A DNA stretch of 64,000 nucleotides. Source: Trypanosoma brucei. Its lineage: Eukaryota. The notes beneath the pieces were generated by a model that had not been told where the DNA came from, made no database searches, and worked only from the letters and a program-made list of their open reading frames with translations. Of this stretch, positions 20,813-32,469 are shown one piece after another. The stretch lies in assembly GCA_000002445.1 (NCBI GenBank), contig CP000067.1, positions 1,472,001-1,536,000 of the forward strand, written 5' to 3'. Both the position numbers and the translations under genes were made by a program. Every line of letters begins with the position of its first letter. Within the stretch, counting starts at the first letter, position 1.

Positions 20813-22327
20813 TTAGAAATTTAATAATGCGAGGGAGAATGCAAGCAAAAGAGGGGCCTTGTTAATGACAAACGAATTGCTCCCTGTGGTGTTTGTTTTC
20901 CCATCTTTCCCTGTTGTTGTGGTTACTTTAACTTTGCACTTTTCTTCCTTGAATACGCACCTATCTTCCTCTTTGCACTCCTTTTGTGCCTTGTCCTTGC
21001 ATATTTCTTCTGATTCTTTGGAAGCAACTGGTGCACCGGCTGGTTGTTTCTTTGATGTTTCAATTTCTTTTTTGTTCCGCTGACCACCGCTATGGCTAGT
21101 CGCTGCGTTGCGTTCGCTAGCTGTTGCTAGTGCAGTTAGTGCTTTGTCTTCGCTTTTGTCATTCAGTTTGACGGTTATCTGTCGTGAATCTAGTGGGGTA
21201 TCGAAAATCTCTTTGAATTTGCCGTCGTCTGCACCATATGCTGATTCGATAAAATCGTTTAAATCCTTTGCTTCGACTGAGTCCCACGGCTTACTTACTG
21301 CTTGGTATGCGGGTAGGCAGTTTCTTAGTATATTTGTTACTAGTTTGTCGCCTTTTAGTGCTTTGCCACTTAAGGGTGGCACCTTGCCCCCGTCTGTTTG
21401 TATAGTTTTGACGGCTAGGCATACTGCATAACGGAGTTTGATGTCTGCCGTTGCTCCCTCCTCGCCAGCTGCAGTCGCATCTTCGCAACCTTGGTCAGGG
21501 TCATGATTTTTGTAGAACGCTGCTGTGCTTGTGCTGTAAGAGTAGTCTGCGCTGTTACGCGCATAGGTTACAGCTTCGCTGCCGGAAACGGTGCAGGTGC
21601 TTAGTACACTCGAGAACGTTCTTGTTTTTGCTACTGCGGATGCTGTGCAGCCGTTGAAGCCGGTAATAGTTATTTTGTCTTTGAATATTTTTGTTGCTAG
21701 ATCTGTGTCTGGCGTAATCTTAATTTCTGTTAACTTTGCCGCGTCGATCGCTGTGTGTGCGCTGCTGAATTTTCCCCAGCTGTCAATTGCTGTGCAGCGT
21801 CCGTTGCCGATTGTCTCCCGAGTTAACTCTAGGTAAATGTTGCTACTGTCTCCTGCTCGGCTGTAGCCGGTGGCATCTACGGCTGCTTTTGTTTTCAGTA
21901 GTTTCTGTGCGTACTTGAGCTTTCCTACATGTTCGTCGATTAGCCCCATTGCTGTCGTTGCTGTATCGTCGGCCTTATCGGCCTGCTGTTGTACCGACTC
22001 CGCTTTTTGCTCAAGTTTGGCTGCTAAAGCGGAGTAAAGGCACCTGTCGTTGGGTTGAGTTGCCATGGTTGCAGCCAGCCTATACTTCCTCTCTAGCTTC
22101 AGTAGGTCCTGTCTCTGTCTTCGTCGCCTGGTGATTCCTGCAGCGATTTCTTTTCGCAGCTCAGACAAATAAAACTCCTCCTTGCAGACGTTTGTTATTT
22201 GTGCCGGGCCGGTGTCAGCATCGGTTATGGCCGCTGTTGATGCTGACTTTGTGGCGTACACTAGCGTTAGTAGTGCTGCAACGGCCAACAGCTGCTCCGA
22301 GCTTCTTGAGCCTTTTCTGCCGGTCAT
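20813..22327 (-). CDS. VSG: Variant surface glycoprotein, full-length intact ORF (504 aa)
   Basis: Signal peptide MTGRKGSRSSEQLLAVAALLTLVYA. VSG N-terminal domain, Cys-rich C-terminal domain and canonical GPI signal ...TNTTGSNSFVINKAPLLLAFSLALLNF. Confidence 0.85.
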   Translation of the reverse strand: MTGRKGSRSSEQLLAVAALLTLVYATKSASTAAITDADTGPAQITNVCKEEFYLSELRKEIAAGITRRRRQRQDLLKLERKYRLAATMATQPNDRCLYSALAAKLEQKAESVQQQADKADDTATTAMGLIDEHVGKLKYAQKLLKTKAAVDATGYSRAGDSSNIYLELTRETIGNGRCTAIDSWGKFSSAHTAIDAAKLTEIKITPDTDLATKIFKDKITITGFNGCTASAVAKTRTFSSVLSTCTVSGSEAVTYARNSADYSYSTSTAAFYKNHDPDQGCEDATAAGEEGATADIKLRYAVCLAVKTIQTDGGKVPPLSGKALKGDKLVTNILRNCLPAYQAVSKPWDSVEAKDLNDFIESAYGADDGKFKEIFDTPLDSRQITVKLNDKSEDKALTALATASERNAATSHSGGQRNKKEIETSKKQPAGAPVASKESEEICKDKAQKECKEEDRCVFKEEKCKVKVTTTTGKDGKTNTTGSNSFVINKAPLLLAFSLALLNF

Positions 22328-24069
22328 CAGTTAACCTTCACCTGGATGGTAAATGAATTAATAAATGAACTATGAATTTAGTGCAAGTGTCGATGTTTTC
22401 GCCGCATTTTCCGTAAAAAAAAACAGATTTCCACTGTGAACCAAAATGTAAGGCAGACATCCAACGCTTTTTGGAGGCACCTGATATGTTCGTGGAGCCG
22501 CTTCTTCAGGTCTTGTTTGCTGGCTGAGTGTGTCGCTTCCTGGATACTGTATCTTGAATATCTGACTCAATCTATTGTCGGGAAAACTGACCTCTACCTG
22601 CCTTGTGCACCTTTGACTTTTGATTGTCATCTTTGATTTCAGGTTCGTGTATTGTCGTAGAAATTTGTATGTTTTTTGTCTAACTTTACTAGCTACTGCA
22701 ATTGCCTTGCTTTCAAAGAAGAAATTTTCGATAGAAAATTTTGTTAATCTTTGATCCCCAGTTGTTTCAAATTTTCTCTGATTCTGTTTAACCTTCCTTT
22801 CCTCGGTCACCTATTTCCTTTACTCAAGAATTCAGTCTTTACGATTTGAGAGCTACGTTGAGGGTGTCTCCATAGTTGAGAATTCTGTTAAAAACACGCA
22901 GTTTAATAGCAATTTTTCTACTTTCCATTGCAATGTGTTTCACTCCGCATCTATATCTATTGCTTCTATTGCTAAGTCTAATTCTTTTCTGCTATAAAAC
23001 CTGATTCTTATATATAAACTTGGTTATTAAAATCTTATGGTTTCTACTGTACTTTATTTTCCTGTAAATTTGGCTTGTTACTTTCCAATTCATTTACGAT
23101 GTGACGTCTGCGCATAGTCCCCGTCCGCGGTCTAGGCTAGGATTCCTTCGAACAACGACTGTTTCGAGGCTGATTGTGCAAGTGGCATTATAGTCAATTT
23201 TACAACTACCTTGGCTTCTTCGGAACCTTTATTCTAGTTATTAAATGGGGTTAATTTTTGAACTTAATATTTAGCGCACAATCATTTTATGCAGTTTAAT
23301 TTTTGACCTGTTCCAGCATGGAAATAGTGTAGTTTTTATACCAACTATATCTACTTCACAACCCTTTCCAGAAGATTCATACATGTGCTAATTTAATCAG
23401 TCTCCGCGTCTTTATTCTACTTTTTTGTTTTTAAACGGTAATCGATTATAATTACTGGTTTCAACATTCTTCTTTACGATAGAATTATATTGTTTTCCAC
23501 AAATTTTATTGTGTACTAGTATATCTGATGAAAACATTTCTTCAAATTTACCTGACACTTACCTATTCTCTTTCTCCTTTTCCATTTATTGATTTTTCTT
23601 CACAACCGTACATTAGGATCTGTCATCAGCTTAACTTTCCATTCAACACAATTTTTGCAGCAACATCTATCCACTTCTGTGTGAAATGAGGACCATCATA
23701 GGTTTATTCTCATGTATTATCTTCTTAGTTCTGGACTCTCATGTCTACTGTCTTTTTATTTAGTTTTTTCTTTCCTTGTCTTCCGTTTTCTTTCACACAC
23801 CTTGGGATAACATCACCGCTCCTTATGGCATGTATAAATTCCACTCTGTCGCTCCTTAATCTCGTTGTGTATGATGATGCTCATCATCATTTTTGTGCAT
23901 GTAACTGTACATATTCTATCTCCTTCATCATATCCCTTTTTGTATTTCGGCGTTTCACCTAATAATATTACACTTTCTTCCTCACTGTATCACCACCTTA
24001 CTGCCATTACACCATGGGACGTTGTTTCAAGTGCATCTTATAGAGTGTCATTTAGCCTACACTACCAGC

Positions 24070-24190
24070 ATTATTATAATATTCGTATATACACACTCAC
24101 AACACACTCCTATTATTATTATTATATTAGTAAATATGCACAATAACAGCACAATGCCATCATTAATATCATTACTGTTATCATTGTAAC
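24070..24190 (-). repeat. 70-bp-repeat-like element upstream of VSG 20813-22327
   Basis: Plus strand reads tatatacacactcacaacacactcctattattattattat, the reverse complement of the 70-bp-repeat core plus triplet run. Confidence 0.65.
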
Positions 24191-24382
24191 CCTAAATTGC
24201 TCTTAATATACATAAAATAAACAAAATAAACCTAATGAGAATATCACCCACTTTTAACACCTTATCACCTTATAACTTAGCAGTCATATACAACATTAAT
24301 ACCAAAAGCTGAAATATATATATATTTTTTACAAATTCTCTAGAAAAAACTCCATAAATTTTACAAAATGAAGCAAAAATAG

Positions 24383-26052
24383 TTAGAGGTAAAATTCTAC
24401 CAAACTCATAAAAGCAGCAGCCATACTCAGACCAAATTTCTTATTGACAAGAAAACCGCTATTTCGGCACTTTTCCTTTTCTGTATCCTTATCATCTTCA
24501 CCATCTTTACCCTTCCTCCATGCGCAATTTTGTTTTTCGCCTGTTTTGTCAGCTTCACAATTAGACATATTTGGTGTGTTGCACACACAGGTTTATCAGC
24601 TGCGTGTTCTGCATCTCTTGTTCCTACTGCTGTGTTTTCTTTTCCTGTCTCTTTAGGTTTGCATTCCTTTTGGGTTTTGTCATATTCGCAGTGTGTTTTC
24701 GGACACTCTGCTAGGGTATTGTTCTTTTTGGGGCAGCTCTTGCCGTTGATATTTGTGTCTTTGCCTTTCGGTGCTTGTACAGCAGTTCCTGCCACGGGCG
24801 TTTGTGCAGGCAAGGCGGCTGCCATCGCCAGACTGTAAAAAAAGTCGGTTTGTTTTTCTGTGAGTGCTATTTGCTGCGCAATTCGGTTAGCGGTTTCGAT
24901 TTTCCTTGCTTGGGATTCTAAATCTTATGCTGCTGTGTAAAGTCGCTGGATCCATGGGATGCCTGAAATCCCTTTTCCGGTGGTCTTTGCAAAAAAATTG
25001 TCATAGCTTACACACAGTTTTAAGGACTGGCCGTCGCAGGTTGCGACGTTTAGGCCTCCGAGGTAAACCAGTGTCTAGCTCGCTGACGTTTTTCTGCCTA
25101 GAGTCGACTCGAAGCTATGTATCGCGCCTGTAAAAGCGTTTGCGGTAAGCTTCGGCTTCGCTTGTTGCGGACATGTTGCCTTGAGGGTTGTCCAGTGGGT
25201 GTCCGGATTCGTGATGCTGACTTCCCAGTTCTGTTGCGTGTAGCCGGCCGGGCATTCGCTGGCGCCTGTGTCGGCGCCGTTGCAGAGGCAGAGAAAGTCG
25301 CCGATTATCGATCGGCCTGTTTTGGCCGCTGCACATGTTGTCGTCCAGCCTGCGGCCCCATCCAGTGTGTTTTTTGTGTCGACTTTTGTGCTTGTTCCAT
25401 CGCCCCCGTATAGGGCGGCGTTGAGTTCCTTTTGTATCTTTGCTGGCAGGGTGGTTGTCTCCTCTGTTTTTACCAGATTGTATTGATGCTGCAGTTCCTC
25501 TAATTTGGCGGCGTTTTGTTCTATGATCGAATGAAGAAAGCGTCTTTGTTGCTCATCCGGTATTTTTTTGTATTTGCTGTGCTCTTCTGTCCCAGTCTTT
25601 GCGTCTGCCGCCCTCTTGGCTGCCGACCACCAGTCTTGCCACTTGTCTCCCCAGTCTTTGCCATACGAAGACGATTCGTACACTGCCGGCATTTTTTCGC
25701 CTTGCTCTTTTGCTAGTTTTGTATCGAACAGCGCCAGCCAGTTGTCGTCGCTTGTTTTTAAATTGAGTTCAAGAATCGCTTGCAGCGAATTGCCTTTGTC
25801 TGCTGTGATCGACGCCGGGGCTTGCTGTGCTGACGCCATGGCCTGTAACCGACACATGATTCCATGGGCTTGAGCGTTGTCGTCCGCTGCGCTGCTCGCT
25901 GGCCGGATAGCATAAGTTAAGTAAGCTAGCACTGCTAGTACGCAAGTGTAAGCACGCACGGGGTGGTGTGGACCGTAAGCAACTAAGTATATTAGAAAAA
26001 GACAGAAACCTACTGGAAAAAAACGTTTTTGTACATAATTATGTAATACCAA
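24383..26052 (-). pseudogene. VSG pseudogene (B-type N-terminal domain; frameshifts in the C-terminal domain)
   Basis: ORF 25075-26052 has a signal peptide plus VSG N-domain. ORFs 24427-24825 and 24383-24586 carry C-terminal Cys motifs and the GPI signal ...SGFLVNKKFGLSMAAAFMSLVEF in two other frames. Confidence 0.75.
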
Positions 26053-27934
26053 AATTTTACTGATAATGACTTGCGGCTGTTATAGATCTGATTTAATCAA
26101 CAATTGAACGGAGTCTCTTCGTCGTCGGTGGTGCGCTAGGATATTCTTTAATTTGTTGGGGTTGTTGTTTTTCTGGTTTGTTTCCGGTACTTTCTGGCAC
26201 TTATTGTGGAGTTGTATTCTGCGCTCGACTTGTGTTTCACAAATTCTCGGCTTTAAAAAGATACCCTTCTTTAAACGCATCACCACAAATCTCAAAAAAT
26301 TAAATTTTTTCATCCATTGTATAAGTTTGAATTTTTCACAAATATATTGTGCCAAATTGTTTACTCTCCAACTTCTTGTACAAACTAAGACATTTAATAA
26401 TCATTTTCCCTTCACTTCCCATGCGGTGGGCTATACAGAAAAAAAATGAATGGGACCTCTCCAATATCACCACTATTTTGAGTAAAGATTCTCTCATCAT
26501 AATCCAACCCAATCATTCCTCTTCTCAAAACAAATCTCTGTCAACCAGCTTCTTCCTGGATCGCACTCCATATTAGTAAAAGTTTGCAAATACTTTGTCC
26601 TGACCGCCACTCCTCACTTCCTTTCAATAACTTGCCAAATGTATATTCAAATTTCTTGAGTGCCCAAACTCTTGCTAACAAACCACAGCAACTAAGATAA
26701 GGTCTTCCACTAGAAGGTATTTTAAGAAAAAGACGTAATTTTTATCTTCTTGTCTCTCTGTGACAAACATTAAAAAAACAAAAACATCTCTGCACATGCT
26801 CCTTGTAAGTAACCTCCTAACGAAAGTTCTGTTTATTTTCTGCAGTATTTTGTATAAAATGTTTCACAGCATTATCATACTTATCACCGACGGATATTAT
26901 AACAGCAGAGCCATCTACAGTTATTACAATATCTTCATTACTTGAATTATACTTTTCAAAAAAACTCTATAACCCAGCTAGACCTTTTGACATGACTATA
27001 CAAACCTCTCATCTCAATTGTAATAATTTCAACATTTCTTGGTTTAGCACTCAATATCAGTCTACACCATACTTGAGTTTCATGAGTTTTGAACTATAGC
27101 CACAAAAACTGTTAGTTTCTTAGGATTCTTTTTCTTTTATATTTACCTCTGTATAATATTAAAGAGATTTTAAGCTTAGAAAAAGGAAATCTAATGACAA
27201 CAATCGAAGCAGTAAAACTTTCAAGAGTCCAAATTTTTGGACGTAATTTAGCTTTGAAAATATAGAGAATTTTGAAAAATGGATAAAAAGCTGTGAAAAT
27301 AAATTAGTTGGACACTAACGTGTTTACATATATTGATACTGCCTTTATATTTTTGTGATTTAGATATTAAATGATGTATGGTTAGGTTATGAAACGTATC
27401 TTTGAGCACACATCGACAATTTCTGTTTTAGAATGTAGCCTCAACCCCATACAGTGTAGTTCGTGCGTACACAGTCCTTCTCTATGCATTTCCAAGAGAA
27501 ATTTCTCATCTAGGTGCGCTACTTGGTTCGCTATACTAAGTATTTTTCTAGTTTCGTTTGCTGAAACTTCACACCATCTGTTTTCGTCATAATGTTTCCA
27601 TCAGAGCGACTTTATGAACTACTTATATCACTGCTGTGGATAACGTAGCGGCTCCATATGCTTTGGACATGAAACTCTGTCTCTCAATGATTGTCTCCTC
27701 CACCACGTCCTTGTGTATAATGATGAAGCCACTCGTAATGTTTTTGTTTAAAATTGATAACATTCTATTTTTGTTATCTATATCTCTCTGTCTTTGACTT
27801 TTGATCTTCCTCTACTAATACTCCTCTAACTTTCCATTATCCGGTTGCTCACTAACTACCATTTCAACCCTTTCCATTTTTTTATATTTTCCACCATGGC
27901 AGTTAATTTGATCTTCCCCACTACTTTCATTATA

Positions 27935-28000
27935 AAAATAGTTCCACACGCTAACAACGAACTCCTATCATTATTATTATTATCACTGTATTAATGCCCT
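27935..28000 (-). repeat. Degenerate 70-bp-repeat-like element upstream of the VSG pseudogene 24383-26052
   Basis: ctcctatcattattattattatcactg block at the expected position. The core is degenerate. Confidence 0.35.
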
Positions 28001-28289
28001 AATTAATATCCACAATGCAAAAAATGAACCAAATTAGAAATTTATATATGAGTACGCATTTGTTATACCCCATTACTCTAATATCTTGCACCTGTAATCC
28101 ACTTTTACACACACTTTTTAAAATTTGCAGATTTATATCAAAAAATGTTAAAAGATATCAGATGTCATTATATTTTTAAAAATTTTAACAAATGCTTACA
28201 AAATAGCAAAATTTCATAAAATTAATAAATGTGAACAAAAATCATTAGAATTATATTAAACTGACAAAAGTAGAACCCATACTTAGAGC

Positions 28290-28650
28290 CAATTGCTTAT
28301 TGACAAGAAAACTGGAAGAGCGGCACTCCGGGTTGGGAAGTTTGCCAGTACCATCAACATAATCTATCCATCCACATTACGTGGTGCGTTGACTGCCAGT
28401 CCTTCATTTTCTTTTTCGCAATTCTTCTTACTGTCATGTTTCTTGCAGTCAGTTTTCCCATTATTTTCTCCTGCTTTTTCTGCTGCTTTTTTTTCCTTCC
28501 TCACTCGACGTGCACTTTTTGCCATCATCGGCTTTGGGGTTAAAACACACCTCTGGTATCTGAGTGGGTTTAGACATTGTCCAGCAACAAATGATTCTGC
28601 CACTGAGGGTTAATTGCTGTTTTGATAATCGGCTACCCCACAAATATTAT
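28290..28650 (-). pseudogene. Orphan VSG 3' fragment (C-terminal domain only)
   Basis: Minus-strand ORFs 28364-28603 and 28461-28643 encode Cys/Lys-rich VSG C-terminal-type sequence (CKKHDSKKNCEKENEG..., GKKCTSSEEGKK) with no N-terminal domain upstream. Confidence 0.55.
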
Positions 28651-29080
28651 TTGTTATTTATTTCCCATTTAAAAGCAAATCGTATTGAGCAGCGAAACTG
28701 TCACGTTCCAGCGTTAAAAAAAGCCGCGGTCAGCGCAAAATGAAGAGCTGAAATTCACAAAAGTGTAAAAGTAGAATCGTAACAAATAGCCAGCAAGGCT
28801 GAGTCGGAAAATTTAAGCAAAGATATTTTATGGATAAATAATGGTTAGGGTATACACAAAAAACAAGACCCGCTGCATCACATAAAAATAATAAATTAAA
28901 AATACTAACCATAACCCTCCTTTTCTGTCGTTTCCTATTTGAAGAGAGGTTTAAAAAGACAAAAAAAAATTTTTTAAAAAACGGCGAAAGATTTAAGAAA
29001 ATTATCAAAAAACTCAAAAACGTCGAAGAATCCAAAGTTTAAAAAATTAATTAAAAAGTCTAAAAAAATTTAACGGGAAC
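28628..29080 (-). other. Telomere-adjacent-type AT-rich element with decayed telomere repeat (taaccataaccct at ~28,905-28,920); homologous to 42,960-43,495
   Basis: 28,628-28,775 aligns with 43,160-43,330 (cggctaccccacaaatattatt...agcgaaactgtcacgttccagcg...gaaattcac). A degenerate CCCTAA remnant lies at the position where the other copy has 15 perfect repeats. Confidence 0.6.
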
Positions 29081-29166
29081 AGGAAATATTTTTTTTGCTG
29101 TCAGAAAATATTTTTGACAGAATCAGAATTTTTACAAACACAGCTCAGTTTGTCAGGTAAATTTAG

Positions 29167-29182
29167 GTGTTAAAATATATCA
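29167..29182 (-). promoter_or_regulatory. VSG 3'UTR conserved 16-mer TGATATATTTTAACAC (minus strand)
   Basis: Plus strand reads gtgttaaaatatatca, the exact reverse complement of the 16-mer known to govern VSG mRNA stability. Confidence 0.8.
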
Positions 29183-29209
29183 AACAGTAAATTTCTTTAG
29201 GTACAGGGG

Positions 29210-30767
29210 AAAAATTAAAACAACAATGCCGCACAAGCAGAAACAATCATTGCAAATTGTTTGCTTGCTAGAAAACTACCATTTCGGCATTTCTCCGCTT
29301 CCTTGTCATCTTCATTATCTTTTCCCTCTCTCCAGTCACAAGTAGCTGGCTTCCCTGGTTTATTGACTTTTTCGCACTTTGGCTTTGTGTCAAGTTTACT
29401 TCAATCTGCACCGGTACTTGCCCCTCCAGTTTCTTGGTTATCTTTTTCTAGCTTTTCTTTTATTTCCTTTTTCAGTGTGCACTTTTCCCCCTTATCATTG
29501 CTCTCCACAAAATGGCAATTTTCTGTAGTGTTACATACTTTTGCCTCAGTGTCTGTGATTTTATTACAAACGTCTTCTGGTTTATTTGCCGCAGTACTGG
29601 CTTTCTTTTTAGGTCTGATATTTCTTTGTTTTTGGAAGCTATAGTGGCCACCGTTACTGTTAAATAGAAATCCATTGCTTTCTCTAGTTCAGTGGTGTCT
29701 GTCTTGTCTCCAAGGTTTTCTGGTTTAGATGGATCTGCCCAATAGGACTTTGAAAGAATTTGTGTTGTATAGAATGGATTCCAGAATTCTTTTTGAAAGT
29801 TGGCCGGTGAGTCGGTTTTGAACATGGCTTTGAGCTTGACGTCTGGCTGCTCGATGGTTTTTCCGCCATTTGCTTCTGATGAGGCTTGCTGGAATTCCTC
29901 ACTCTCAGCTATTTTGGATCCAGTGCTATCCGTAATCACTGCCTCAGCGCTTACAATTGCTTGATAGTCAGCTTCAACTATCACGGTGTGAAGTGTCGGT
30001 CTGTGCGTTGCACTTATTACCGTGGTCGGCCATATGTTGTGGTCTGTTGCTGCGCCGCCCACCGCCCATAGGCCGTCCCCTAGCTTGACAGTTCCGCTAC
30101 CACTCGTTACTAGGTGATGCGTGGTGCCGTTGCCTTTCGTTATGACACAGTTCTTGTTACGGGTTGGTACTGGGTCCACTCCACCAATTTTGTTGTTCCT
30201 GTCTTTCACGGTTGCCGTTTCTACCTTCTGTATTGCCGTAAGCAACGTTTGAGGTGTTATTGCCGTCGCTAATTTGCCTTCGGCTTCAAAAGTTGCAATG
30301 TCCGCCAGCTTGCTACTGCCAGGAAAGCAGCTAGGTAGATCCGTTGCGGCTGCCGTTTGGTCGCTTGAGCTACTTTGTGACAGAAATCTGTCCGTGGCGC
30401 CTTTGGCATGAAACATCAGCATTATCGCTTCGTCCATGCGCCCAGCCGCTAGGCCGGCGTCCGCTGCTTTTGTTGCTGCGGTTACCAGTCTTGTTCGAGA
30501 TTTCCTGGCTTTTGTTTCCAGTTTTGCTGCTCCTCCTTTCTTGTTGGTTAGAATCTTGTACAGGCGCGCTTTGAGAACCTGCCGTCCGATAGATGCGATT
30601 TTGGCGTCCGCTGTTGACACAATAGCTGTGAATCTGGCCGGGGTTGCTTTGAGGCCAGTTGTCAACTTGCAGACGATGTTAACCGCAGTAGCTAGTAGTG
30701 GGTCACCGTCGTTGCAGTGAACACTGCTTGAGGCAAACACCAGTGAAAGTGCCAGAAGAAAGTTCAT
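29210..30767 (-). pseudogene. VSG pseudogene (431-aa N-terminal ORF; frameshift before the C-terminal domain; GPI signal ...NGSFLASKQFAMIVSACAAL in another frame)
   Basis: ORF 29472-30767 has a signal peptide (MNFLLALSLVFASSSVHC) and VSG N-domain. The reverse complement of 29215-29500 encodes a Cys-rich C-domain plus GPI signal out of frame. Confidence 0.7.
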
Positions 30768-31299
30768 GCGATGGTCTAACTTTACTTTAAGAGAGACGGG
30801 GGTGTAACATGTGCATGCTGGTCGTTGAGTTCTCGTGCACTGAAAAAGAGAAAGTATTTATTTTGAATCTCTGGTGTGGCCTCTCGACTTAGCATACGTA
30901 AGGGTATAGTACAGGGGCCACCGCCAGGTGCCAGAAAAATAGGCTGGAAAGCATTTAACGGTTAGCCCACTGTTTCGTTGGCGCTCAGTTAAATTTAAAT
31001 AGGCCCGAAAAAGGTTCACCAAATTGACTTCGGTCAGCTTAGCCTTTACCATGCAGAACAGCTGGATTACGAGCGCTTTTGTTGAAGCAGTCGTACTGGT
31101 TGTTGGTTTTGTGTCATATATTATCAGCGTCCAGCACCAAAAATTTCATTAATGGAGAACTGACCTCAATAGATTTTGCGTTTCTATTGCTTCTTTATGT
31201 AATATATAAGGAGATAAGATGATTTTGCCCATATTCTCCGTTGCAGTGTTGATGTAGACGTGCGAGCAGCTTAAGTGACTAAATATCAATCTTAATTAC

Positions 31300-31392
31300 A
31301 CGAAAGTTATTCTATATCTATATCTATATTTATATCTATATCTATATCTATATCTATATTTATATCTATATCTATATCTATATCCAAAGCAT
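31300..31392. repeat. Microsatellite (TATATC/TATATT)n
   Basis: Direct read of the sequence. Confidence 0.95.
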
Positions 31393-32084
31393 CTATTACT
31401 TGTTTCTATCACTATCGCTTATCCTCTGTTAATTTTAAGGGTTAGGTTTGACTCGAAGTAAACAGGTACCGTTTTTTCCTCTTCTGCTGAAAGTATTCGC
31501 TCATCCACTTACGCCATACAGACTGTGTCGCTGTATTTCTCCGTCGTTTAGGCTGCATAAATTGGGTCCAGAAACTTGTTTTCAGATACTTTTGCTTTAT
31601 AAACTTTGCCTTTACCCCTTCGTCAGTAAAAGCAATTATATTGATCATTCGCTCTTGAAAGAGGTTAGCGTCTTCTCAGTGCGTCACTAGGGGTTCCAGG
31701 AGTATCACCGCTGATTGAGCCCGCTTCATAGATATCCTCCTTTGGCTCATATGCGCGCATTCTCATTCCTTTGTCGCCGGTCTTTACTGGGGGTTTAGGC
31801 AGAAGCGTCTCCTTCTGCTTCTGTTACGTAAAAGATAGTAACTACATTTGGTCCATTTACTACGCTGTGCCACTTGATGATTTCTGCCACCATATTCTTT
31901 CTTATGATGATCTATTATTACGTATTTTCTTCGCAATGCGTATAATCCATTCCCTCTCTGCATTTTATCTAATAATATACCTGGTCGCTTCTCCATACTC
32001 TTTCCAACTCATACACTCCCATTACATCTTCACCAGTGTTTTAAGTGCTTTTTCGTCTCTGCCCCTTTCGTCCTCAACATCATC

Positions 32085-32180
32085 CTTATTATAATATTAG
32101 TGTATACACACTCACAAAACTCTCTTAGTATCATTATTATTACTGTTATTTTTACTATTATTACTAATACTATCATAAAC
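32085..32180 (-). repeat. 70-bp-repeat-like element upstream of the VSG pseudogene 29210-30767
   Basis: cttattataatattagtgtatacacactcacaaaactc plus tcattattattactgttatttttactattattactaat. Confidence 0.6.
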
Positions 32181-32469
32181 CTAACTGAGATTCATGAATT
32201 AAACAAAATAAAAAAATTTGTGTAGTACCCATTGAGTATACCATATCACCATAATACTTTGCACTTTTAAGCTACTTTCATATTCCTTTTATCAAAATTT
32301 TATGTTTTTGAATTTTTCAACAATTTACAAGTTTTATAAAAAGTGTTGAAATATATTATATTTTTGCGAAATATGACAAATTCTCTGAAAATAATAAGTT
32401 TAATTAATATCATAAATTTCATAAAATTGAGCAAAAATTCTTAAATTATAAAATGATAGAATGCTACGA

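Noticed and set aside
22370-22810. 146-aa minus-strand ORF immediately upstream of the intact VSG 20813-22327
   Set aside because: It lies in the VSG upstream/5'UTR region and has no recognisable domain. A composition-driven ORF is likely.
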